A stretch of DNA of 63,196 nucleotides, the filler included, from Asterionella formosa (lineage: Eukaryota): assembly GCA_002256025.1 (NCBI GenBank). It is 18 parts of 18 records of this genome, joined end to end, with 100 filler letters (N's around TTAATTAATTAA, not from the genome) between each part and the next. Parts side by side here need not be neighbours in the genome. Positions count along the whole stretch, not along the records: positions 5,913 to 35,648 come from NKIB01000971.1; 17 more parts are not named here. One strand, 5' to 3'. Below the pieces are notes generated by a model. That model searched no databases and was not told where the DNA came from. It worked only from the letters and a program-made list of their open reading frames with translations. The position numbers and the translations under genes are program-made. Position 1 is the stretch's first letter; each line of letters opens with the position of its first letter. Of this stretch, positions 12,261 through 23,588 are shown piece by piece.

Positions 12261-14200
12261 TTACTTTGTTGAATCATGGATTTTACGTAGACAAGCATCT
12301 ACATCCTTCTTGAAAGAAGAGTTGCAAGGAACTCGTCCAAATACTTCGTTCAACATTTTTAAATCTAAATAGGATGTCAAAATTTTGTCAATACAAAATT
12401 GAAGAACAGTTATTTCCAACTGAAACATATCCTCACGAGAATTTGTCGTTGTCACTTGAGGCCAAACTTTTCCAAGATGAAAGTATGTTGACTTGGTTGG
12501 TGGTTCAGATGTCATGGATAAGAAATCGTCTGTTCGATCTGTTGCTGCCACCTGACGTTTTAAAACTTTCCAGGACTCAGTCTCCAAACGGAAATGTGCC
12601 CGTTTGCCAAGAAATTTGGTTTTGCCATTCCTTTCTAATTGCAATAGAGTTTCCAATACTTTCACAATTGTAAAAGGTCCACATGACCATCCACTGTCAT
12701 CTTCTGGTTGAAATAACATGGAATCATGTTCAGTGGCCATACTGATCTGCAATGGTGCTTTGGTGCCAGTATAGAAAGATTCCGATAAACCAATTTCTTC
12801 AGATGTATGGTATTCTTGTGGAAGATATCCTGTATTGGTGCATAACAATAACAATTCTTTTCTGCATCCGGGGATGATGCAGTACTTACGGGCAAGGTGA
12901 AATACTTGATCATAATGTTCATCCAAACTTGCATCTTTTCCTGGATCACGGACATGACATAATCCATCATTTATAGCAAAAAGATAATGCACAAAATGAT
13001 TGTTTTACTCCTCATCTGATCTTTTGCAATACACATTTAGCACATAGTTACTTTCGTGATGAAGTGGATGACAATCACCTTGGTATATATATGGATTGTT
13101 ATTACCCTTTTCTGGGTTCTCATCCAGATCAAATTTAACCTTTACACCACTTGGATGAGGTTCATGAATTATATAATGGATCATAGAGGTAATTGTTTCA
13201 AGGTCCCAATATGCAAGATCTTTAAAATCTGAAGATGATTTTTTGATACCTTTGAATCCATATAATACAGAGGCGTAATTGCATATATCTTGCGGGGTAC
13301 GAGTGTACAAATCTTTCCACAATTTTAGTTGTCCATGCGATTTCGGCAAACTCAAGGAAAATGCCGTTTGCTTTGACATAATAACTCTACACATTTCACA
13401 TGCCGACTTTCCACAAAAGTAGCTGCCTTCTGGATTGTTTTCAATGATTTTACAAAGAAATTCTTTTTCTTCCATGCATGATTTGGAAAAAGATTCAATT
13501 TTGTGTTTCTGACTTTGTTCCCTATTCAGAGCATCAAATGCCTTAGCCAGCATCACATCTCTGTCTGCATTGATCTTCTTGAATTCGAGGTCTTGATCTA
13601 GCTCGGACTTTTCTTGAATATCTTGCTTTTCTTTTAGAAATGCAATAGTTTCTCCGCTTTCATGATTTTCATATTGATGTTCTGGACGGATAGTGAGATA
13701 TGTTTCTTGATTTTGCAACTTTTCAACCATTTCTACTTCTGAAGTGTTGTCTGCCACATTTCCGCCGATATTTTCATTCATCGCATGATTTTGTTCATCA
13801 AATGAATGAGAATCACTGAGTTCTTCGTCATTATCAGCGATTTCGGGAGAATGAGGAGCAAAATACGACACTGGATGGTGGAACTGTGACTCTGTAGGAA
13901 TAGAGTCTTCATCCGTGAAGAACAACTGTTTGGGTTTCCTCTGCTCTTCGAAAGCAATCTTTCCTTCTTTTCAATCTCAGCCACTATTGTATCGGCATAC
14001 TTCATTATTTTTTCTGGAGTATTATGAATCTATTCAAATTCATTTGATCTTTGAGTGTATTCAAAGGAATCTTCGATTGATTTCATAACTTTCTTCATCT
14101 TCTTTTCCGAAAACATAAAGTCGTGTAGTGTAAACAATGGAAGTAAGTCACGTTTCTTGTAATATGCATGTTCCGCCAGCGTAGTGTTTACACAATACAC
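12261..14200 (-). pseudogene. Ulp1/C48-like SUMO cysteine protease, TE-associated, disrupted
   Basis: ORFs 13005-13925 and 12261-12992 share a frame across one TAA. NNHFVHYLF (His), RDP (Asp) and QPEDDSGWSCGPF (Gln/Cys) match the Ulp1 catalytic layout. Confidence 0.65.
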
Positions 14201-14440
14201 ATGCCGGCATATATATAGCTAAAACAACGAAAGACGACACGATAATGAACGTGATGGCTGGTTGCTGAGGATACCGGTATGTGATATGCATCAATCCATG
14301 TCAAAAATCATATTATAGTGATGTACATGTCAACGCATCCGTATACTTAGATCCTATCCACTGTATAATACTATCATATTAAGTGTTGACTTTAACTGTA
14401 TACATTAAATAGCGAATTTCTATATTAAGTAACATAATTA

Positions 14441-14471
<31 letters not shown>

Positions 14472-14814
14472 CCGTGATGTATCGATAACACTTGCGTACA
14501 TATTTTATCGTATTTTATTGTCAATGTACTATTTTAACATAATCATATTTTGATCAAAATTATATCATATACATTTTAAGAAATCATCACAGTTCTATGA
14601 TCAATGCATCATAGCTATGTGATATACTTTATTCATTATTACGTATCATACTTTGGTGATGTATGCATCGATGTAACCCTATCATGATATCACATTATCA
14701 TCTTATCGATCATGATGAGATGATTGGGAAGCAACTGTATTATGCATCGTGCTACGGGGTATACTATTACATCACGCAATTTAGTAGCTAACAAGTCACT
14801 CCGCCTGTAATGTA

Positions 14815-15260
14815 CAAAAGTCGACAGTGCACATACTCACACGCTAATCAGGTTTGAGGAAACGGACAGTGGTTCCAACGAGCGAATGATGATACGGTAC
14901 CAATTTTTCCAATGAAAGAACTTGTCTCTCTATTCATGTGGATGACACGGACACCGACTTTTCCAGGAGCAAACAACAATGAAGAAACCCACTTGTCGCT
15001 CTATTCATGTTAACAAATATGCGGACAAGTTCAACAGTGAATACAAGAACAACATACCAATGAAAACCAGTCGACAGTGTTTGTACGCACACGCCAAGCA
15101 GGTTTGAGGCAACGGAAAATTCCAACAAGCAAATGAAGATACAGATATCAAATTCTTCCTACGAGCAAACAACAATGAAAAGAGCCACTTGCTTTCGCTC
15201 TCTTGATGGTATCAAAGATGCGGACAAGTTCAATACAGTATGCCAAATGCAGAAACGAGC
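14815..15260. repeat. Degenerate tandem duplication, about 250 bp
   Basis: GTCGACAGTG...CAGGTTTGAGG..ACGGA...TTCCAAC at about 14820 and about 15070. Confidence 0.75.
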
Positions 15261-15789
15261 GAGCGATATGAAAATGAAATGCGTTCTAAACAGAATCATT
15301 CTATAACTATAGCTATGTGGACAGTAGTCTGTTACGCACATTTTCGTATCTCCTTCTATGCTGAATCTCAATAGTAGATGTAGTATCATGTGAGAATTGA
15401 AAATGTCAACGAGAACAAGTAGAATGTGTTTGTTTACAGGTTGATTGGCGAGATTGTCATGCTGAAGTGGACGAAACGGATATACTTTGTGCGCTGTGTG
15501 CGGAAACATTACGAGTTCGAATGGTTTCTTCTCTCCTGTAAACTCTTAATTGAATGATTATGAACAAAGGTTCACTGCACATGACGATTACTCGAAGATA
15601 TAATGATCACTTGACCAACAAATTGAAGACGTTATCGCAAACATTCATTCCGCTTGTCATTGCTAGTATTTCGTTGTTGTTGCAATAATCGGAGTGATGA
15701 CGGATGGAAATGACAAGCCAAATTACATTACTTGAACTGGTACATTATCCTACCAAGAAATTCGAATACAGGAATCAAAGAGAAACAAT

Positions 15790-16305
15790 TCATATAATAA
15801 TTAAATTTATGTAAAGGAAACCCTGAGGGTTTCCTCTTTTCAGGGGACCCTTCTCGTCAATGTCAAGAAGTATACCAGCAGTCGTTGCAGGTATTTTATT
15901 TTCAGATGGATCCATCTTGTCAATGTCAAGAAGTGTACCAGCAGTCGTTGCAGGTATTTTGTTTTCAGATGGATCCATCTCGTCAATGTCAAGAAGTGTA
16001 CCAGCAGTCATTGCAGGTATTCTATTTTCAGATGGATCCATCTCGTCAATGTCAAGAAGTGTATCAGCAGTCGTTGCAGGTTTTTTGATTTCAGATGGAT
16101 CCATCTCGTCAACGTCAAGTGTACCAGTAGTTGCAGGTATTTTCTTTTCAGGTGGACCCATATCGTCAATGTCGGTTGGAGCAGCAGTAGACGACTCAAC
16201 AATATCTTCGATGTCCTCATCAGCAACAACACATTGATTCTTTTGCGAAATGGGAATATCGGCAGTATCAGAAGTTTCAGCTGTATCCACTACTTTGCTG
16301 CTCAT
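15790..16305 (-). CDS. Acidic protein with a tandem repeat (LLDIDEMDPSENKIPATTAGT, 63-bp unit, about 5 copies)
   Basis: ATG-initiated ORF; minisatellite at about 15850-16170. Confidence 0.55.
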   Translation of the reverse strand: MSSKVVDTAETSDTADIPISQKNQCVVADEDIEDIVESSTAAPTDIDDMGPPEKKIPATTGTLDVDEMDPSEIKKPATTADTLLDIDEMDPSENRIPAMTAGTLLDIDEMDPSENKIPATTAGTLLDIDKMDPSENKIPATTAGILLDIDEKGPLKRGNPQGFLYINLIII

Positions 16306-16599
16306 TGCGCCAATAAATCGAGATATAGTCGATGTTGGAAGACAGGTATAGAAATGAGCGGACTACTGATTGTTGTTTGACTGACCAAGCTGAAAGGTAG
16401 TGTATACAGAGTACCGTATATATATAACAAAAAATAGTTGGCGCAATATTTAATAGTGTTGTGCTTGCGTATTTTCAGTTATTTTATCAGTAACAACGAT
16501 ATGATTTCGTAATTTCCTTGAAGTTCCAAATGATGTTTTGTCAAACAAGCCAGACTCTAGGACCACATAGAATTTGTTGAGAATAAATCCAGGACACTG

Positions 16600-17362
16600 T
16601 CATCTAGTCTCTCCTTGCCTTTGTCATCATGATCAAAGTATCTAAGTAAGAGTCGTTCCTTAGCTACTCTTCCTTTGTCTCTTGAATAGACATGAAATGT
16701 GCCATAGAAACACGTTTTTCCTGATTGAACAATCTGGGATCGGTATCCCCTTCATAACCAAGATCTTTCCATTCCTTGTAGCACTCGGAACATTTGCCAT
16801 TCCAGATAAAAAGTGATATATTGGACAATCGATAGCGTGCAAACGTCAAGAGAAACATGACTGCAACAGAAGAAAGCAGAAAGGGATAATGGTCTATCAA
16901 CTATAGGATTAGACAGTGGGCAAGCGCTGGATCGGTAAGCAATGTCATACCGACATACTCAGTAATGGACATTAGATTGGTAGCGCAAAGCTACAGTTTC
17001 ATAGTACCAGCGTAGTAGTAGGTACAGTTTCTCAGTAGCCACATCATGTTCCAACCGAGTATTGGAACAAGGGGAAGATGGGAATGCTTGTAAGGCAAAC
17101 CTACCACAGTTTCACAGTACTAGGGTAGTAATAGGTATAGTTTCTTAGTACCTGTGTCATGTTCCGACCGGGTATTGAAACAAGGGGAAGATGGGAATGC
17201 GAAAATTTTATTCACAGATGTGTGTTGGTGCCCAGTAATCTAAATTAGTGTATGCTTTTTCTACTTTTCTTGCAGTTTCTAAATAGATAATTTAATGGTT
17301 TAGGGATGATCATTTATATTACTACGACGTGATGGCCAAACAATCTTGTTTTGTTTCCATAC
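16600..17362 (-). repeat. Paralog of about 42130-42873, including the last codons of a Harbinger transposase and a ~115-bp duplication
   Basis: Shared TTAGGGATGATCATTT...CGACGTGATGGCCAAACAATCTTG and GTAGCACTCGGAACATTTGCC blocks. Confidence 0.85.
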
Positions 17363-17999
17363 TATTGAATGCATATATTTTTGTTCCATGCATTCAAGCA
17401 TTTAAAGAATTTAAATATGAACTTCATTTTTCTGGAGCATTGTAAACCATATCGAAATCATCTGATTTTGGAAGTGAACACAAATGAGCTCTCAACCGAT
17501 TCAATGATTCATTTCAAATTCTTCTTAGGTTTTAACGTCTAAGAGGAAACCCAAATAGATTCTCATCTTTTTCAGAATGATTGTTGTTATGAGGTTCCAT
17601 TTGTTCCTCCTTTCTTACAGTATTGATATGATCAGGGGAAATAGAATGAGTGGAACAAAATGCAATTCCACTTTTGTAGATGGTAATGTTGCATCAGCAG
17701 ATATATGATAATCATTTGTATAGCGCATGCTTACTAGTCTATTTCTAGGTTTGTTGTCGTTGCGCTCCATGGCCCATGTAAGGTGGGGCAGTGGAATTTT
17801 GGATAGGTAGTCACTTCCTTCGTGGGGTTAAAATATTGTGGTAGCAATGTTATTGGATTGATTCTCGTAGACTGCATTATTCATGTCAGCCGGAGAATTG
17901 ATTGGGAGTGGTGACTAGACTGAGTAAAGTATTTTCTTTGTGTCCTTGGCGCTGTTTCTCTGTTGGTTGCTTTGTTTACTAGATTGGTCTTTCACCATG

Positions 18000-18560
18000 A
18001 CTTTTTTGTCAATTCTTATGGGTCTTTCATCTGTTTGTTGTTCAGTATGTACTGTGGAGCTTCAATGGTAGAGAATCGGTCTGTTTGGATCCTTTTTGGA
18101 TGCGTTGGCACCGTCAAAAGCCTTACTCAATTTAATGAGGATGCTGTTGGGTGGATGTCGGTCATTCTTGTCTATCTCCATGAGTTTCTTGTCAATTCTT
18201 GTAGTTCTATGATCTGCTTATAGTGTGATGTATAATGTGTACTTACGGTGCAACGGAAACGGTCTGTTGTGATCTGATTTGGATGCGTGGACATCGTCAA
18301 AAGCCTTACTCAATTTAATGATGCTTTTGGTAGATTTCGGTCATTCTTGTCGATTCTTGTGGTTCTTTCATCTGCTTGTCTTGCTTGTGTTTTATACTGT
18401 AGGTAAGGTGCGACGGAAACAGTCTGTTTGAATCTGATTTGGATGTTTGGCCATTGTCAAAAGACTTACTCAATTTAATGATGCTGTTGGGTGGATGGCG
18501 GTCATTTTGGTCTTTCTCCATGAGTTTCTTGTCAATTCCTGTCGTTTCTTTCATCTGCTT
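18000..18560. repeat. Three degenerate repeats of about 160-180 bp
   Basis: GTCAAAAG.CTTACTCAATTTAATGA recurs at about 18113, 18296 and 18456. Confidence 0.8.
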
Positions 18561-19139
18561 GTAGCATGCTGTCTACGTCGTAGCGGCAGTGGCGCTGAAA
18601 TGGACTCAGTTGATGGTGCAGCTGTAAATATGCTTTGTCTTCCATGGTGAGAGAGGTTGCTCACCAGTGCCAGTGGGATCGCTGTGATTATATTAGCTTA
18701 GTTTCTTCTAATTACATTTGGGTACTTTGACAAATTGTGCAGGAGCAGCAGATATGCAGTATTTAAACATATTCTCATATTTTGATAAAAGTGTGATTTT
18801 ATTTTGATCATATGAATCATCCATGAATGAATGACAATATCTAAAAGCATGATATATTTGAAAATGAGAAAACAATCAAGCCATGAAGAGTTGAGGAACA
18901 ATGATTTTTTTATGGTGATACAATCATTCAAATTCGTCGTCGCATTTGAGTGCTGAAAACAGAGCAAAATACGGAGTAAGCTAAGATGATAGACTATAAA
19001 GCCCATTACTTTTGCTGGTACATCTTCATCCGAGGAAACTTTGCTTGAATACACAAACAAAATGGAATCAATACATAGGTAACATGAATATGCATGATAT
19101 GTAATTTCCTGTATTTAATTTATGAAAATAATCATCACA

Positions 19140-19990
19140 CATCTTTCATAATAAATGGAAATATTATGATCATTTGATCATCATTGTAAGATGCATCATA
19201 ATCCCCAGGGAGCATTAAGAAATAATAGGCAATTACAGCCATATCCAGGGTGGAAATGGGGGCTGGGAGCCCAGTAGCATGAGCCAGGCCATATGCATGG
19301 AGTAGGAAAGGGAGGGGAAGTGGTTTGACTCGGGAGAGAGGGGAGTCTAAGTTTTCCATAGAATTTCTTCTGTCAGAGGAGCCTGAAATCGAGGTTGCCA
19401 AAACAATTCACATGAGGGTCATTGGTCCCCATGCTGGTGCTGAATGTCGCTATGCGCAACCTGACGCACGCACGTCATCTTCCACCGTGCGAGCCCGGAC
19501 CGGTCATTTGGAGGGGGAGATGAGTCAATGGCGGTAGTGGCGGGCAAAACTTTGTAGGACTGGAATTTTATCAGGGAGGTCTGGTAGGAGGGGGTCGAGG
19601 TGGAGAGCATGGCAGAAGGTGACCCATGTGTTCCATGTGGCTGTGGCGGCGTGGGAGCGATGTGGAGTGACGACGGAAGCCACCGCATCCTGTAGAGCGC
19701 GGAGGTCACAGCATATCGGAAGTGGGGTGGAACAGTTGCCAGGGGTTGGGCTGAAAAAAAGCATTGAAGTGCGAGACTAGGGCGGCATTGGATAGATAAA
19801 AAGCTTGGCTGGCGGTGTCAGCCATCATAGTGTGGTGGGTGCCTGGAATATAATGGATCTGTTGGCAGTATCGATGCCGGCGCTGGGGGTGGTGTAGGGC
19901 AGCAAGAAGCAACAAGTAGGCACAGGCTGCAGTGGTAGTGGAAGACCCTTGTATCGCCATGCAACCATGGCAAGGTTTTCACTACCACTG
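19140..19990 (-). mobile_element. DIRS/Ngaro-like tyrosine-recombinase retrotransposon remnant (RNase H end plus YR N-terminus)
   Basis: HYIPG...MAD.AS...LS...LVSHFN.FFQP.PWQL (RNase H end), then W..W..FC..L.LDP.L, RVKPLP and IAYYFLM.PG.Y (degenerate FFLLRPGEY). Confidence 0.7.
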
Positions 19991-21569
19991 GTGGTTGTTA
20001 ACTCAGCTATGGAGTGGGCCCTGGCAATGATATAGATATGATGGTTTCTATGCACTATAAGCAGACATATAGGCAGAGCAGGTGATCCATCTTCTATTTT
20101 AGTCTGCACCAAAGTATCAAAAGCAGGAAGTCATTTTTAGGTTTTTCCACACCTAGAAATCCAGGAACTACAAGGTGAGTTTGATTTTTTGTAGCCTTGT
20201 ACCAATATTCATCTGTAGGATGAGAAAATATCCTGAATTTTAGGTGCGGAATGATATCACACTAAAATTAGGACCCTTAGGGGCAGTTAATTTAACCTGA
20301 AATTCTCCACCATGAGATTTTGCATTTTAATATTATTGGCAATGCAGGCATTTCCTTATCAAGCACATTTTTGATTGTTTTCATGGTTAAATCACATTAT
20401 TGGGGAGCATTATGACTTCTCCTTATTTGAACTCCAAGAAGGTCGTTTGATATTGTAAACTGCTCTGATGTTCAAATGTGCCAAATAAGGGCAATTTTGG
20501 ACCTCTGTGTACCGGTACGATAGCGAATACTGGGACAGCCAGACGGCCCCGCCGAAGATTGTCATCATATCAGTTCTACCGGACAATGTACCAGGATTCT
20601 GTGTACCTCCACTGGACAATTGTCCGGTATTTGAGAAAATGATCAAACTGTTGTTCATCAAGAAGAACACGTTGAAGGTAGTGATTTTCGGTTGAAGTTA
20701 TAGTGAAGATCACCTTCACGGCGTTCTACGGGACGATTGTCCGGTAAATATCTAGTACTAGCTTGCAGTAGCTCTCTTCTGAAGGCTAATTTTTTAAATG
20801 GAATCCTGATTGAGCGAAAATGTGCCTTTTTGGTCAGTACAAGTGTTATATACATACGTGGCTGCAACTATTATTTAGATTTGCACCACCCAGCATCACT
20901 CTAACGTAAAACGTTTACCATTTCTGTGAGTACAAGTATGGGTACATGATAGATATCGTAATTACTACTATAATTTTTGCGTGCACATTCATTGCTCATT
21001 TGCACATTCTTGGTTGCATCATATTCCCTTCGTGCTCACCATCGGGATGCCAGATGTACCTCTTCATCCTCATGGCATTCCTTCATAGGAATTCAATGAG
21101 CAACTGATGATGGACAAGGGTACATGCTAGGAATACATTTCTGACAGTTTGGCCTCTTTTTGCTGGTGTCTTGAACACAAACCAGGATGGCTTACAGCAT
21201 ATGCCCAGAAAAAAGGGTGATTCCTCCCGAGATGGAGGCAGCAGGCATAGGTACAAGGGAAGAAAAAACCCATTTGAGTTAGAAACAGGTTTAGTTGAAT
21301 TGATTCAGCATGCTGCAGAGGAAGCCATCGTGATGCTCTCTACAATCAGTCCAGCAGGGTATATGGTATATCTCCAGAGCCTTTGCCATTCTTGGACACA
21401 AGATTGGCTGTCCAAGAGCTTCTATGGGAATAAGTGATCAGATCTATTCAACTTTTTCAGGCTACATAATGACACAGTCTTCACAGTTGATTTTGAGCAG
21501 GAACTTAGCAACCTTTTGCATGGTTTTTATCAGATTATTGCAGTAGAGAATCAGTATGGGTTATGAGAG

Positions 21570-22470
21570 ATTTGTGAGGGTAAGGACCCCATGAACAATC
21601 AACATATCACCTCCTTTGTACTTTGTACTTGGTTCATTGAGTTAAAAGTAAATTAAATTTTTATTGTATGTTAAAGCTATCCAATAATTGCACTTGTCCC
21701 CCGCTTAAATGGAAACAATTAGTACCAGTTTTATTCATCCGTATGGTACAACAGTACCTGTCTCTTCGTCAGCCTCATCCCCAGAACCCTAGGGACTACA
21801 TACAAGAAAAACAGGCGGAGAATGCAGGAATCAAACCCGCTACCTCATGAGGTGTGCTAACCAATTAAGCCATTCCCCTACTTGGTTCATTGAGTTAGGA
21901 ACTGGTGATGGCATTTGGGGTAACCTATTCCTGGCCTTAACTTGGAATTTGATCTGCAGGGTCAATAACAACACAAGCCAAATCTGCTTGTCACATATGG
22001 AGTGGACTGATGATGCTCTGCACAAAGACTTTGCAAACACTAAACAGATCAGAAAGGGACTCAATCAAAATATTCCAGACATACTTATGCAAATCCAATT
22101 GAGTGGGTAATGTATCCTATATTTTATCTTGGTGTATACTAGGGAAGATTTAATAATGTTGCTAAAGGAAATAGTCGCTTATTCCCTGGTCACAATCAAT
22201 TTTAAGAGATTTTCATCTATTTTAAAGCAGAAGCCAAGAAAGGACAGCTATTTGAATAAAGTATTGAATCAAACAACATCAGCATGCACAGTATAAGGAA
22301 GGGGGCTGCTACTTATATTAGTGCCTGCCGAGGGGGAACTTCATCAGGTTCTATCAGTGTAAATGGTGGGTGGTCAATGGCTGGGCAGAGTCAAGGACAT
22401 TGATGTCCAGTGGTATGAGCATTTGTGGGGAGTCCTTATGCGGCCTACCCATGTTACTTCCATGATTCTC
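21570..22470 (+). mobile_element. CryptonS-like tyrosine recombinase remnant
   Basis: EGKDPM, LFLALTWNLICR..N, HMEW.DDAL...F...K, HSIRKGAATY and GGWSM motifs; interrupted and frameshifted. Confidence 0.75.
21645..21878 (-). mobile_element. tRNA(Ala)-like-headed SINE-like insertion, 234 bp, with 19-bp TSD
   Basis: TACTTGGTTCATTGAGTTA at 21626-21644 and 21879-21897. The minus-strand 5' end reads GGGGAATGGCTTAATTGG...GCGGGTTTGATTCCTGCATTCTCC (A box, B box, acceptor stem and T stem), with an AT-rich tail. Confidence 0.75.
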
Positions 22471-23588
22471 TTCCTCTCCCCCTATGTTTTTAAAATCTGA
22501 AACTTATGGTAAAAACCAAAGCTGCAGTGTTTCCAACAATGATGCTCCTATGTATGTATCAGTTGATGCACTACCCAGTATATCAGCGTGTGGATGCAGG
22601 AGGTACCTGGTACCTCCTGGTAAAGTATTTGCACAGGGCGGTATTTGTTGAAGTCACGTGATCATTTTCGTATTCTATCGCCTATTGCATGCTATAGTGA
22701 TACTGGTAGTAAAAGCCAAAGCGAAAGCATCATTTGCACAGCTATATGTCGTTGTCACGTGATCATTTTCGTATTCTATCGCGTAGTACTTCGTGGTGAG
22801 TTGCCCCTGGTAAACACCTGGTACCAGGTACCAGGTACCAAATATCATTCATCATGTCGTTCTGTTGATTTCGACATCAAGTATGGCACACGAACGGATT
22901 CTGGATTCCGTCCTGTGGTACACTCCTGTGTGGAATATATTGTATGTAGCCTATTCATATCTGACCTACGTAGATGTCGAAGTGTCCGGAAAAACTGAAA
23001 TGCAACTCATCACCAGCCAGCAATCGACTTTTTACCCGTAGAAGCCGCTATAATTCGATGATTACTGAACATCTACATATGATATGATTCGATGATGACT
23101 AAATAATTCCGGTAGATACGAGGGGGTCCATGGTACCCTGGTACCTGGTACCAGGTGCTGGTAATTGTGCGCATATTTTTGTGCATTGGCTCTTGGCGAC
23201 TGGCTACCATGCATACCGGTAGGCGAGAGTTGGCAAATCCATGGCCTGACCAGCGCAGCTACCCCGGGAAAGAGGTTAAACGATTCTTTATCCTTGCTTG
23301 AGTTTCACAAGGCAAGACGATGGAAGTTTTTGAAATTGGCCGTTGCGTGATTGCATAGATAAAATGTTATCAACATATACATGCTTGATTATACGTACCA
23401 ATCTTACTCTGGTAATTTGTATTGCTCTACCACTTTTTGTCCAGCGGCAAGAAGGCAAAGTCTGGTCAACCGACTATCACGCAAGAAACAGAGCAAGCAA
23501 GGCAGTGGCGACCGCTAAAACTGCGAAAAAACATGCTCGTTTGCACAAGGCAGGAAACAAGGAACAACCTCTTCTGGATAAGTCGACG

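Noticed and set aside
13005..13007. Programmed readthrough or Sec recoding of in-frame stops in TE ORFs
   Set aside because: This stop is TAA and the one at about 51106 is TAG, and other lesions are present nearby, so decay is the simpler explanation.
21690..21775. Hammerhead ribozyme in the SINE body (minus-strand CTGACGA)
   Set aside because: No convincing stem II or GAAA core follows.
21816..21878. Functional tRNA gene
   Set aside because: The anticodon arm is shortened, the T-loop is altered, and it lies inside a TSD-flanked insert.
23343..23588. N-terminal extension of the PDZ ORF
   Set aside because: It relies on a non-ATG start. The first in-frame ATG is at 23589, although an upstream exon cannot be excluded.
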